Position numbers and translations under genes: made by a program. From Octopus bimaculoides (taxonomy: Eukaryota), in the NCBI RefSeq assembly GCF_001194135.2, contig NC_069004.1:23168022-23232021 (forward strand): DNA of 64,000 nucleotides, written 5' to 3'. The notes below the pieces were generated by a model, which saw only the letters and a list, made by a program, of their open reading frames with translations, searched no databases and was not told where the DNA came from. The number at the start of each line of letters is the position of its first letter. The first letter of the stretch is position 1. Shown here piece by piece: positions 13,356-26,471 of the stretch.

Positions 13356-13538
13356 CACAATGAATTCTTTACGTCCAGTTAAAGAGCTCTTCACCAATTT
13401 GGTGAGTGCATGGGCCCGAGAAGGAGTATTGTGACGGCTGCACTGAGTTGGTAGAGCAGCTATTGATGCCATATTCAACCAGAGAGGACACGAATCTGTT
13501 GGTGATGGACGCAAAGAGGCCAAAGCAGTAGAATACAT
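13356..13538 (-). CDS. NPEPL1: NPEPL1 coding exon 2: MYSTALASLRPSPTDSCPLWLNMASIAALPTQCSRHNTPSRAHALTKLVKSSLTGRKEFIV
   Basis: ttccAG acceptor, GTATG donor, 183 nt, phase 0/0; matches the NPEPL1 motif PTDSCPL.LN.A..AALP...SRHN.PS.AH. Confidence 0.95.
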
Positions 13539-16009
13539 CTGGAAAGAGAAATAAGAGATTAGATACAACAGTAAGTTTTAGTGAAAGGAAGTGTCCTTGT
13601 GGTTAAAATGTTAGACTCAAAATCCTAAGGTCATGGGTTCAGTTCCCAGACTATAGATGCACATTGTATCATTGGGCAAGACACTTCATTTTACATTATC
13701 CTAGTCTATTCAGCTGAAGTTGCATCTTCTGCAGAGATGCACCCAGCAGACTACTGGTCCCCAATCTTGCGAATGCAAGATATCAATGGCTGTTGATCGA
13801 TACGGCATACCAGAAGGAAGAATGAGTTATAACACTTTAGCATTCAGATTACAGTGTCAAACGTAATGCTTTTTTTTATTCTCATTGTCTTGAATTAATC
13901 ATGCATTACCTTATAGCTTCAGGAATTTGGTGGTATGGTTGTTTATTTTTAGAATGATATTGTTGGATAGGTTTGAAAGGTTTGGATCAGGTCAGTTTGA
14001 ATATAAAACAAGAAGAATATTTGCACCAGATATCAACAGTATCATTTAGAATCCTTTTTCCATTCTGGCATGGGTGAGATGGTCTGACTGGAACTGGTAA
14101 GCCAGAAAGCTGAACCAGTTCCAGTCTGTTTTGGCGTGGTTTCTATGGCTGGATGCCCTTCCTCACACCAACCACTCCAGAGTGTACTGGGTGCTCTTAC
14201 ATGTCACCGGCACCTTTTACATAACAGTGACATAGATGTCTTTTACGAGCCATGACTATGATTTCACAAAGCTTGACATGTCTTCTGAAGCACAGCAAAC
14301 TGCCAATATGGTCAGGTTGAATGATAAAAGGTTAAGCAATTTCAGTTTTGCTAAAGACAGAGAGTTGTACCTGACTGAATTAAAACAGTCTTTGAACATG
14401 GATAAAGTATTAGACACTATCATTTATATTTTACTTGTTTTAATCAATATACTGTGGCCATGCTGGGGCACCTACTTAAAGGCTTTAATTGAACAACTCA
14501 ACCCCAATATTCTAACCTTTTTTTAAAACCTGGTACTTATTCTATTGGTATCTTTTGCCAAATTGCTAAGTTACAACAAACCAACACCAGTTGTCAAGTG
14601 GTGGAGGAGTAACAAACATAATCCTTTCTACTTTTGTACAATAGGTACAAGGCCTTTTGGAGGGAGGAGTCTAGTCAATGACATTGACCCCAGTGCTCAA
14701 CTGGTACTTATTTTATTGAACCTAAAAGGAGGCGTGTAAAAAAGCACCCAGCACACACTGTTGGGACATACATAATGACACACACACAAGTTTCTTTTTT
14801 GAAATGGTGTAATCTCAAAACAAAGCTATGAACAAGTGCATGTAAATATTGGGTTAAAAATCCTTTGGACGGGAAAAATTTATAGGAGATGTAGGTTTGT
14901 GCCATATGGGGAACCTTGAAGTTTTTCTACTTGAAGGGTTTGAAACCCAATATTTACATGCTGTTATTTATAGTTTTATCTGCTTCAAGAGCTGCCATTC
15001 CACACATTCCCTTGTAGTTTATAAAAATTCTTATGACATCATCATTTCATGTCTGTCTTTTCCATGCTGGCATGGGTTGGATGGCTTCACAAATAAAACA
15101 TTTTCTAGATTCTTTGTTTCAGTGACCTTTCAGTTATCTGAGAAATAACCAAAGCTAAGAAATCAATTATTACATTTATTTTTATATTATAGATTATTAA
15201 TGTAAAATAAAAGAGCTTCAAAACAATGTAACCAAATAGCTAAAGGGAATTTGATGCATTGTACAGATTCCGCTTTGCTGAATACTTTGCTGATTATATC
15301 TATAAGCATGCATGCACACACACATCCATACACCGACCAATATCATCTATATACAATATAATTGAATATAATGGGAAGACAATGTACATGCATGCGTGTG
15401 CATGTGAAAACAAGAACTAATTCTATTATCATTCTGTTTTGTTTGTTCATAGTTGATATGGCAACTGGAGTTAAGATGAAGTTATACCAGAAGAAAGAGA
15501 AGAGACTTAAACCAATTAGTACCCTTGCCAAATACTTCTGGCACTAAAACCCTCCTTTTTATCACAAACCAACATTTCAGGGTTCTGGAAAATAGCCAAA
15601 AATAACAAAGAGAGGGATGAGGGGAGAAAAAAAAATCTGCAGCTATTTTAAAATTATTCTGTAAGCTAATCCTGATGGTGTGCAGTCGCAAGTGGGTGCA
15701 TGTATATGTGTAGCTGGGAGGGAAAATATATCTGTGAGATGTCTAAGGACTTGTAACTCGTAATATGTCTGGCTGGGTTCAGTTAACACACACAACACAC
15801 ATGCCCATTGCACACACACAGAATCATTTTATGATAAATACTATCATGTGCAAACCCAAATGAATGCACATCAGCACACACACACACACACACACATGCA
15901 AATACATTCTTGGATATGCATACACATTCACCTTCACACACACAACCAACAGGTCACCCATTCACACAAAGACCAAAGATAAATGTATACATCTGATTAC
16001 ATATACTTG

Positions 16010-16044
<35 letters not shown>

Positions 16045-16634
16045 CTGTTTGTACATATACATTTATGCATATATGTAGTTTTGATTATAGTTACATGCAC
16101 AAACATTCAAGTAAAACATACACTGGATGTGAACATGTAAATACTTGCACAAAGTCACATACACTAAAAGATGCATGCATATACATCACATGCACACACA
16201 AATTGTAAAATGTCCGCATACATGTAAATACTTGCACAAGTAGTCATATACAAATAAAAAAAAATGCATGCATATAAATATTTTTGAAGTTGCATGCACT
16301 GAAAGGTGCATACATACATGTAAAAACATGTTTCTGTACAAAACAATTATTCATACAGTTATAATCAGGCCTCAAATCAATTGTCTCTGACAACAAAGGA
16401 CTTCCTTAATGGGGCTGTACCCCTAATCTCTTACAGTCTTGAACTTTCATTTACAAAAGAGAAAAAAGAAATCCTGTGTAAATAAGAGCAGGCATAGCTT
16501 AGTGGTTAAGATGCTCACTTTGCAACCACATAGTTTCAGGTTCAGTCCCACCATGTGGCAACTTGGGTAAACAGCCCGAGGTCAACCAATGCTTGGTAAG
16601 TGAGTATGGTAGATGGAAATTGTGAGGAAATATA

Positions 16635-16666
<32 letters not shown>

Positions 16667-18179
16667 CGTCTTTGTCACCCACCATTGCTTGACAACAGAT
16701 GTTAGTTTGTTTATGCCCCTGTAATTCAGCAGTTTGGCAAAAGAAACAATAGGATAAGTACCAGACTTTAAAAAAGCGTAAGTACTGGGGGTCAATCTGT
16801 TCGACCAAACCCCTCAAGGTGGAGCCCAACAATGCTGCTGCCCAATTATTAAAACAAGTAAAAAATAAAAGACATTCTATCTGTGACCATCCAATGTTTT
16901 TATTTTACAAACATTTTTAAAAACTGGAACTCCATCGGTTATGATGATGAGGGTTCCAGTTAATCCGATCAATGAAACAGCTTGCTTGTGAAATTAATGT
17001 GTAAGTGGCTGAGCACTCCAGACACACATACCCTTAATGTAGTTCTCTGGGAGATTCAGTCTGACACAAAATGTAACAAGGCCGGCCCTTTGAAATACAG
17101 GTATTACTCATTTTTGCCAGCTGAGTGGACTGGAGCAATGTGAAATAAAATGTTTTGCTCAAAGGCACCATGTGCCACCAGGAATCGAACTTACAACCTT
17201 ACACTTGTGAGCCACCCTAACCACTAAGCAATGTGCCTTTTCAGTGCTGCACATCTTATGGGTCCTCTAGTTTTTCAAAGACATTAAAGATTGATTTGTA
17301 GATTTCACAATAATTTCTACCAAATTGGACAATCATACACATGCTCTCTCCCACTTAACCCTTATTAAGCAGACAATAAAGGCACTCCACTCATGACCTT
17401 TCTCACCTTCTCTGTCAGACACAGTTTATCCTAAGGACTATATATTCAATATCTCCTCCCATTACTTTTTTTTTGTAAAACCCTTTAGCATTCAGATTAC
17501 TCTGTCAAATGTAATGCATGTTTATTCATCTATATTGTTTTGAATTAATCATGCAGTATCTCATCCCTTCAAGATTTTGCATTGTAACTGACTAGATATC
17601 AGGCCTTTCAGACTATGCTACAATGTCATTCTAAAATAAAAAAAGAAAAAGGGGATGCTAAGGGGTGGATCGAAGAAGATTTGGCTGCTATTTTGTGAAA
17701 GCCAAGCAACTACATAGAGGCTCCTTCGTTGTCACGTAGTGCAATTGCTGGTGTTAACAATTAGTACAAGTATCCGGAGTTTAATGTCTAGCAATCATCT
17801 GGAGAGAGAAGGAGAGAGAGATTTACAATGTACTATAAATTAGATAAGACAAATAGTTCTACTTCAGTCATTCACAAACAACACCCTGGTATCTAATGTC
17901 AACAATGTCAGTTACCAGATAAGGAGTATTATTTACTCAGTTAACTCTTCAATGACTGTATCTTTTAACTAAATCCTTGGTTACAGTAAATGGAATTAGC
18001 AAGCTAGAAACTCTATGAAAACCCAATAAGAATGTGCATGTGTATGCATGTGTATGCATGTATGTGCATGCATGTGCACGTGTGTGCATGTTATAAAGTT
18101 CATGTTGTGGGTAATTTGACAATAAATTTGACTATTATCAGAACTGAGCCATTCCCATCAGTAATTGTTCTGTTCTTAA

Positions 18180-18389
18180 CCCTTTCGTTACTGTATTTAT
18201 TTTGAGATGCTTTGTGTTTCTTTCAATTACTTTATATATAACAAAGAATTTAGTAAAATAGCTTAGTTATCATTCAGCTAGTGTTAGGAACATGAATTGT
18301 GACTAAGGTTTGGTGGAAGATTTTAATTCAGAACTTATGATAGCAAGACATTTGTACTAAGAGCCAGAGCCGGTTTGGTAACGAAAGAG
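18180..18389. mobile_element. piggyBac-like MITE
   Basis: TTAA|CCCTTTCGTTAC ... GTAACGAAAGAG|TTAA; related copy at about 20578-20755. A second TTAA-CCCTTTAGCATT family has pieces at about 13832-14030, 17478-17640, 19540-19751 and 20372-20774. Confidence 0.7.
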
Positions 18390-21146
18390 TTAAACCAGCT
18401 TTAAAATAACGGTTTCAAATTTTGGCACAATGTCACAATTTCAGGGAAGGGATTAAATTAATAACATTAACCCCAGTGTTCAATAGGTACTTATTTTATC
18501 GACCCCGAAAGGATGAAAGGTAGAGTCAACCTTGATGGAATTTGAACTCAGAACATAAAGATGGAGGAAATGCCGCTAAGCATCTTGCCTGGCGTGTTAA
18601 TGGTTCTGCCAGCTTGCTGCCCTGTCCAATTTTAAAATAATCTCAACTTAACATATATACATCACCATCATCGTTGTTGTTGTTGTTCAACATTTGTTTT
18701 TCATGCTGACATGGATTGGACAATTTGACAAGGAGCCAACAAGCCAACAAGCCAGAGGACTGCAACAAACTCCATTGTCTGCATTGGTGAGGTTTCTACA
18801 ACTAGATACCCTTCTTAATGCTAACCACTTCACAAAGGGGTAATATTTACCCCCACTTAAACATGGATGTTCTATTAGAACAAACTATACTGTGATAGTT
18901 ACCACGAGAGAAACTCTCATATTGGCTTTTGGTGCAAAATGCCCTCTTTTTTTATATTTCTAGTGGTGAAATAAATTCCTGCCACTTCCAGTGCTGAGAC
19001 CACCAGATCACATGATTTTGACCCTGTTTGGTTGTCAAAACTGGGCACCGACCAATAGAGGCAGCATGCCAATCTATATATCATGTTTAAGTGGAGATAA
19101 ATATTACCTCTCAGTATTAATACTGCTTGTCACTAATATACACTTCACAGAGTGTACTGGGTGCTTTTTAGGTAGCACTGCCATTCATGAGGACACCAAG
19201 TAACTTGTAAGACAAGATCCCTCAAATGGAGAGGGTTAGCACTGAGTAAGGTGGCTCTATGCCAGGTGATGGGAGGTTAAAGTATAATAAAGGGGACAGA
19301 AACAAGTGTCTTGTAGTAGAGGAGATACATGGCTACCCCAGCTGAAAAAAGAGAAATGGTGAAGAGATATCAGAGCACATCCTCAAGTTACAACATGTAT
19401 ATTATGTGTGTGTGTGTTTGTCACAGCACGTCTTCACATTACCACTGCTCAGCAATGACATTTGTTGTATGTCCTGCATAAAAAATATGCCCTGTAGCTT
19501 GGCAGTTCAATATGTAAAGACTAGTAGAACATCTTTAATATTTAATCTGGTCATATCTGGTTCAAATATTCTATGAGATTTATGTTAAAACTGACCAGAT
19601 CCAACCTCTCACACCTACCCTACAAAGTCATTCTAAAAATAAGCAATCACATTATTGAAATCTTAAAGTTACAAGATATGTGATTAATTCAAAACAATGC
19701 GAATAAATATGCATTATATTTGATACAGTAATCTGAATGCTAAAGGGTTAAAAAAACACAAGGGTAGCTGACATAAGGAAAGTCATCTGCCTGTGGAATA
19801 CTACCTCAAGAAATCTCTTCAAACCAATGCCACATGGAAAAGTGAATGTGATGATGTTATCATCGTTATTTAGTGTCTGTTTTCTATGCTGGCATGGGTA
19901 AGACAGTTTGGCTGGAGCTGGTTAGCCAGAGAGCTGTACCAGGCTTCAGTCATCTGTTTTGGCTTGGTTTCTGCAACTGGGTGCCCTTTCTAACACCAAC
20001 CACTCCACAGAGTATACCAGGTGTCTCTTATGTGTCATCAGCATGGGTGCTTCTTATGTGTCAGTGGCATGGGTGCCTCTCACGTGTCACTGGCACAAAT
20101 GCTCCTTACGTGTCACCCGCACAGGTGCCTCTTACTCGTTACCTCCATGTGTCACTGGCACTGACCATGACTAGGATTTCACTTAGCTTGACATTGATTA
20201 AATTCATCACACAAAAACAGTTAAACGTATTGCCCTTTATGATGGAATATAAAACAACCATAATCTCCGTCTCTATTACTGTATACTATGACCTTGGGTG
20301 TAGACACATTATTCTGTTGCTTCATTTACATAACCTTGTAGGGAGATAGTTAAAAGATTGCACATCATAAATGAGCATTCAGATTATTCTGTCAAATGTT
20401 CTGATTATTTATTCACATTGTTTTGAATTAATCATACATTATATTGTAACTTTGAGATTTCAATGATGTGGCTGTATATTTTTTAAACTAACATTGTAGG
20501 TTAAGTGTGAGAGGCTGGATCTGACTAGTTTGAACATAAAAGAAATAAAACATCTAGGCCAGATACAGCCAGTTTAACCCTTTTGTTGCCATATTTCCAT
20601 TGAGATACTCTGTGTTTCTTTCAATTAATTTTAAATATAACAAAAAATTTAGTAAAATAACCGAGTTCCCAGAGTTAGGAACATAAATTGGAAGTAAGGT
20701 TTGGTGGAAGATTTTTATTGAGAACTTTTGAACAGACGGGTTGCAATCAAAGGGGTCAAATGCTAAAGGGTTAAAGGGCTTCGGTTCTACATATTCTTGG
20801 ATTACAGGAAAGCCATGGTCAGTGCATTATTACAGAGAGAGACAATCAAGTATAGGAGTTAACAAGAAAGTCAACATTATCCTCAGAAGTTTTAATGGGA
20901 CCCTACCCCATTTGTAGGATGACTTGCCATTTTAGATAGAAATAGATTGGGTTTTTTCTTTTGCCATATCAAAGTGCCAGCCACTCTGTTCACCAAGGTG
21001 AGACTGAACGAGATAAATGGGCACAGCTGTTTGAACATTGATGATTTGGCATGGCCTGTTTTGGCACTGGAAGCAAGCACACACACACGTGTGCATTTGC
21101 AAAAAATATACATACAGAGAGAGGGGGAGGCAGACAGACAGGGAAA

Positions 21147-21189
<43 letters not shown>

Positions 21190-21809
21190 GGAGGCAGAGA
21201 GAATGAGAGAAACATTAAAATATCTGATGTTAAATAAATCTGGACTAAATCATCAACACCAAATGGACAGCATCAAAATGGCTGTGCCTAAACATCTCAT
21301 ACCCAAGGTGAGACCGTAGAATGGCGTTACACTTTTAGTTACCAACAGCTTAACCACAAAACATGCAGGACTGGTTTACGAGATTACCAGGGAGTCATTT
21401 TTCATCTGACCAAACATATGCATAGTTGAGCAGCTAACTGTAACATATAAACACAGGATGGTCATGGTTGGAATGACTTTGATCATAGCTCTAATCAACC
21501 ACAGCTGACCTAGAGCTAAACAATAACAGCATTGGTGGTGATGGTAACGACAATAACAATTACAGAACTTGTGATACAAAGAAACTCTTAATTCCTTGAA
21601 ATTCTAAAGCAGAGATAATGAGATTAGAAATTAATGACAAAGCTCTTCTCATTCAATATTCAAAACCATTACATAACAGCCACCACCACAACACTAATCA
21701 CCAGTTAGCTTCACATCTTGTGTGTACATGTTGTCTAAGCTCTGTCTTTACTAGTTCTTCAATAATCTTTTTTTATATATATATATATAATAATAACAAC
21801 AATAATAAT

Positions 21810-22035
21810 GACTTCAAATTTTGGCACAAAGCCTTAAATTTTAGGGGAAGGGCTAGTTGATTACATGGATCCCGGTGCTCAACTGGGCCTTATTTTATTG
21901 ACCCCAAAAGGATGAAAGGCAATGTTAACCTCAGCAGAATTTGAACTCAGAACTTACTGACAAACGAAATCCCACTAAGCATTTTGCTCAACATGCTAAC
22001 GATTCTGCTAGCTCACCACCTTACACAACAACAAC

Positions 22036-22068
<33 letters not shown>

Positions 22069-24010
22069 CCTTTCTATTATAGGCACAAGGCCTGAAATTT
22101 TGGAGGAGGGGACTAGTTAATTACATCAACCCCAGTACTCAACTGGTACTTAATTTATCAACCCTGAAAGGATGAAAGCAAAGCTGACCTCGGCAGAATT
22201 TGAACTCAGAACGTAAAGACGGGTGAAATACAGCTAAGCATTTCATCCATCGTGTTAACAATTCTGCCAGCTCACCACCCTAATAATAATAATTGTACCA
22301 AGAGCACTCAGAGAGGGCAAACCTCCACCAAGGCAACACCAACATCCTCTCAATGATTAGCCGGAGATGATTTTTAAAATGAGAATATCTGAAATAAGCT
22401 GGACTGCTCTCACAAACAAGAATACTAAAAATGAACCAGACTGCTATTGAAAATTAAATTTTAAAAAAACGGAAAGATAATCCAGAATCCTTGTCCATTA
22501 CCGGATTGATCCCAAAATCTAATCAGTTTGTGCCAGTCACAAGGCCAAACATCCCAGAAAGTTTTGTCTGAATCCATCCAGCGGTTCTTGAGATATCTTG
22601 TCCACGGACAAACAAACAAACACGACTGAAAACAATACCTCCACCTTAAGGCGGAGGTAATAATAATAATAAAAATTGTAACTTAGCCATAAAGCCAGAA
22701 AATTGGAGCAGGGGGAGAGGAGAAGACGAGTTTAGTTGTCTGGTACTTTATCATTCAAAGAAGGATGAAAGGCAAAATTGATCTTGGTGACATTTGTGAT
22801 AAAAATGATTATTATTTCAAATTTTGGCACAAGAACAGCAATTTTAAGGAAAGGAGATTAGTTGATTACATCAATTCCAGTATATGATTGATACTTTATT
22901 TTATTAACCTCAAAAGGATGAAAGGTGAAGTTGACTGTGGCCATGTTTGAACTCAGAACACAAAGAGAAGTGAAAAAATGTCACTCAGTATTTTGCCCAG
23001 CTAACAATTCTGCCAGCTCACCATCTTCCCCAGCGCTCAACTGGTAGTTATCTCATCGACCCTAAAAGGATGAAAGGCAAAGCTGGCCTCTGCAGTATTT
23101 GAACTCAGAATGTAAAAACAGACAAAATGCAGCCAAGCATATTGCTTGGCATGCTAATGATTCTGCCAGCTCGCTCTTGCTGTTTCTTCGTCTTCATCTG
23201 TAACAGCAGCAGCAGCACAACAGTTTCAAATTTTGGGAGAGGAGATCAGCTGATTACATCCTCCCTCCCCCAGCTTTCAACTGACATTTTATTGACCCCA
23301 AAAGGATGAAAGGCAAAGTCGATCTCAGCAAAATATAAACTCAGAACATACAGATGGACAAAACGCTGCTGAGCATTCTACTTGGTGTGCTAATGATTCT
23401 GCCAGATCACCACCTTATAAAAGTGGTTAGCAGGCCGCTACAGAGAATCGAACCCCATACCTCTCAAACTCCAGTTACCCTTATGCTAAGTGACCCATAA
23501 CAGCAACAACAATACTAATGGTTTCAAATTTTGGTACAAAGCCAACAGGTTCAGAGTTACATTGACCCAAGGACTCAACTGGTATTTATTTTATCAAACC
23601 TGAAAGGTTGAAAGGCAAAGATGGATGAAATGCTGCTAAGCATTCTGCCTGGTGTGCTAATGGTTCTGCCAGCTTGCTGCCTTATAGAAGTGACTAGCAG
23701 ACTGTTACAGAGAATCAAATTCTCTACGTCTCAAACTCCAGTTATGCTATTTGTACCATTAAGCTAAATGACCCATGACAACAACAACAACAATAATCCA
23801 TTCTACTATAGGCACAAGGCCTGAAATTTGGCAGGAGAGGTTAAGTTGATTAAACTGACCCCAGTGTTTCACTAATAATTAATTTATCGACTCCGAAAGG
23901 ATGAAAGGCAAAGTCAACCTCAGTGGAATTTGCACCCAGAACAGCGAAGGCCGAAATGCCGCTAAGCATTTCGTCCAGTGTGCTAACGATTCTGCTAGCT
24001 CACCGCCTTA
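21810..24010 (-). repeat. Array of about 8 head-to-tail tRNA-derived SINE copies (here called family A)
   Basis: Repeated minus-strand aaggcggtgagctggcagaatcgttagca (A box), ctgagttcaaattc (B box), gactttgcctttcatcctttcggggtcgataaa body and gtgccaaaatttgaaacc(att)n tail. Confidence 0.85.
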
Positions 24011-24048
24011 AACAATAATAATAATGATGATGATGATAAACAACTTAC

Positions 24049-24195
24049 TTCAGCAGTAATCACAGGCTCCAACTTCATTTTGACATCATCGTACCCAATT
24101 TTGTTCAAGTTCCTGATTTGTCCAATGATGCGGACGGGAGTGGTTTGTGGATCAGAAGGGCTGAGTTTAGCCGAAAACTTCAAAGATCGAGTCAT
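24049..24195 (-). CDS. NPEPL1: NPEPL1 first coding exon: MTRSLKFSAKLSPSDPQTTPVRIIGQIRNLNKIGYDDVKMKLEPVITAE
   Basis: ATG at 24195-24193 in ACAATG context; GTAAG donor at 24048; 147 nt, phase 0. Resembles the NPEPL1 N-terminus (SDPQ..P...GQ...V..KL.P.VT.E). A polypyrimidine/AG acceptor at 24230-24229 shows the exon starts at 24228 and that an upstream exon exists. Confidence 0.9.
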
Positions 24196-25129
24196 TGTTA
24201 GTTCTTTACTTTTTCTTCCTTTAATTATCTGGAAAACAAAAACAGAAAGAAGAAAAATTACAAATTTAAAATCGTTGAAAAAAAAGATTCATCATCACTG
24301 TTTTAACACACACATTGTATAAGTCCGACAGAATTTACCAAAGCAGACTTTCTATGGCCAGATGCTCTTCCTGTCACCAACCCATACCTGTTTCCAACCA
24401 TGGTGAGACATGTTTTTCAGGGAAGACTGGAAATGAACAACTTCACTTATATGACAATGATGCTGATGTACAATCTTCATATTAAGTCATGACAAGTGTA
24501 TACAAGTGATGTCAAAGCAAAGAGACAGTAGCGTGCGTGCACACACACACAGTTAGCCTCTTCCTTTCAGTTTCCAGCTACCAAATCCACTTACAAAGGC
24601 TTTGATGTACCCAGAGTTATAGGCCAATGCACTTGTCTAAAATGCCACACAGTGGGACTAAACCTGAGACCATGTGGTTAGGAAGCAAACTTCTTGCCAC
24701 ACAGTCACAACTGCACCTATATAATATATCAATACTGTCATGCCTCAATATTCCACAAATCCATCTTTTTCATGCATGCAATATTACTGTGCACAATAGC
24801 AGCAGTTTACAACTACAAAAACTACATCTGAATAATCTATTATTTATGCATGTTTCTAGCTTATTGATTTCTTAGTCATTGTGTTATGTTGTGTTGTGTG
24901 TCTTAGGCAAGACATATCACTCAACTTGGTTTTGCCAGCCAAGCATAACAGGGGGAATCAGATTAGAAACAAAAAAAAAAACCCATTGGCCAATGAACAG
25001 AGAGAGAGAGAGAGAGATGAAAATTTGCAGAATTATTCAACCCACAATGATATGCCTATTATCGCTTATTTGTTTCAGTCAATGGAACACCACCTTGAAG
25101 GGTTTAGTCAAAAAGAATTGACTCTAATA

Positions 25130-25994
25130 TGAGGGGCTACCCAAAAGCCTGTTGTAGTTCAGGCTTCTGCTACTAGAAGCCACTTGATGCAACCCTCAGG
25201 CATCAGTCTGTCGACTGGCATTGTCATGTGAAGTTGTACTGTGATGTGATGCATCTTTATTTTGCAGTGCTTCTCCCGTTTGTCAATTTTTGCAATGGCA
25301 GAAACAAAAAACTGTGTGCTTCTGTTTTCTGCTGGAGAAAACAGAAACCAGAACAGTTGTCATGCTTCAAACAGCTTACAAGGATGATGCCATGAGCAAA
25401 ACACAAGTTTACAAGTGGTTTCCATGTTTTAGGAATGGTCACTTGTTGCTTGAAGACCATCCTCATTCAAGGTGACCCCTGATCTCTAGAATGAAAAAAA
25501 TCATGAAAATTCATGAACTGATCTTGGAGGATTATTACTGGGCAATTAATGAACTTGCTGATATGACTGGTGAATCCTAGAGCTCCTGCCAATGAATCTT
25601 GAGTGAGGAATTGCGAATGAAAAGAGTTGCTGTAAAATTTGTTCCTTGCTTGCTCACAGAAGATCAAAAGCAATCATGACTGAATGCATGTCGTGAACTG
25701 AAAGAACAGATGGAAATTGATCTGGACCATTTTTCGAAGGTCAACACTAGTGATGAAAGCTGGTGCTATGGAATTTGCAGATGTGGAAGAGATGAAGAAA
25801 AAAAAAATGACAGAAGCATCAAAAAGTATCACTTTGCACGAGTTTCAAGACTGCTTTGGATAGTGGAAAATATGCCTGGGCCGATGCTTTGCTTCAAATG
25901 GAGAATACTTTGAAGGCAATAAAAGTGTAAACATGTAAAACTAAGTGAATAAAATAATATTGCAAAATTCTGGTTTCTTTTGGGTAGCCCCTTG
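25130..25994 (+). mobile_element. Internally deleted mariner element with TIRs and TA target duplication
   Basis: TA|TGAGGGGCTACCCAAAAG ... CTTTTGGGTAGCCCCTTG|TA. Transposase remnants FCFLLEKT..VMLQTAYKDDAMSKTQVYKWF, EELRMKRVAVKFVP.LL and TSDESWCY (first catalytic Asp). Confidence 0.9.
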
Positions 25995-26282
25995 TACTTA
26001 TTTTATTGGTTTCATCTGCCAAACTGCTGTTACATGGATGTAAGCAAACCAGCACCAGCTGGCAAGCAGTGGTGGGGGAAATACAAGTGTACACACACAT
26101 GGGTTTCCACACGATTTCCATTTACCAAATCCACATAAAACGTATGGGTCGGCCAATAGAAGTCATTTCCCCAAGGTGCAGTGTAGTGGGAATGAACCCA
26201 AAAAGCCCTAGGCTACTAACACAACCACACACACACTCACTCAAGTGGGAAAAAATGAAAGAGGGGATAGTTACAAGGCAAT

Positions 26283-26471
26283 ATAGAAAGGGATGCTGAT
26301 AAGTCCCTGGCTTTGGGTAAAGGAAATAGAGGAGGTTAATCATGATTTTATTCAACATATTCCCCCATCTTAGATTCACACACTTATTGCAGCAGTTCTT
26401 CAGTTTGACTAAGCCCTGTAAAAGAACTTGTGATATCCTTAAAGCCAGGAACTTCCCAGCAGCCCCTTGTA
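26283..26471. mobile_element. Mariner-derived MITE
   Basis: Imperfect TIRs aagggatgctgataagtccctggcttt / aaagccaggaacttcccagcagccccttg, TA flanks; second copy at about 54213-54458. Confidence 0.7.

Noticed and set aside
16487-16570. tRNA genes (A-box/B-box heads here and at many other sites)
   Set aside because: They run directly into SINE bodies, and no full cloverleaf with an acceptor stem is evident.
19873-20349. 158-aa ORF, and similar 100-180 aa ORFs at 36328-36876, 43508-44035, 26904-27350 and 26122-26583
   Set aside because: They translate SINE, MITE or RTE 3' UTR sequence and show no protein motifs.
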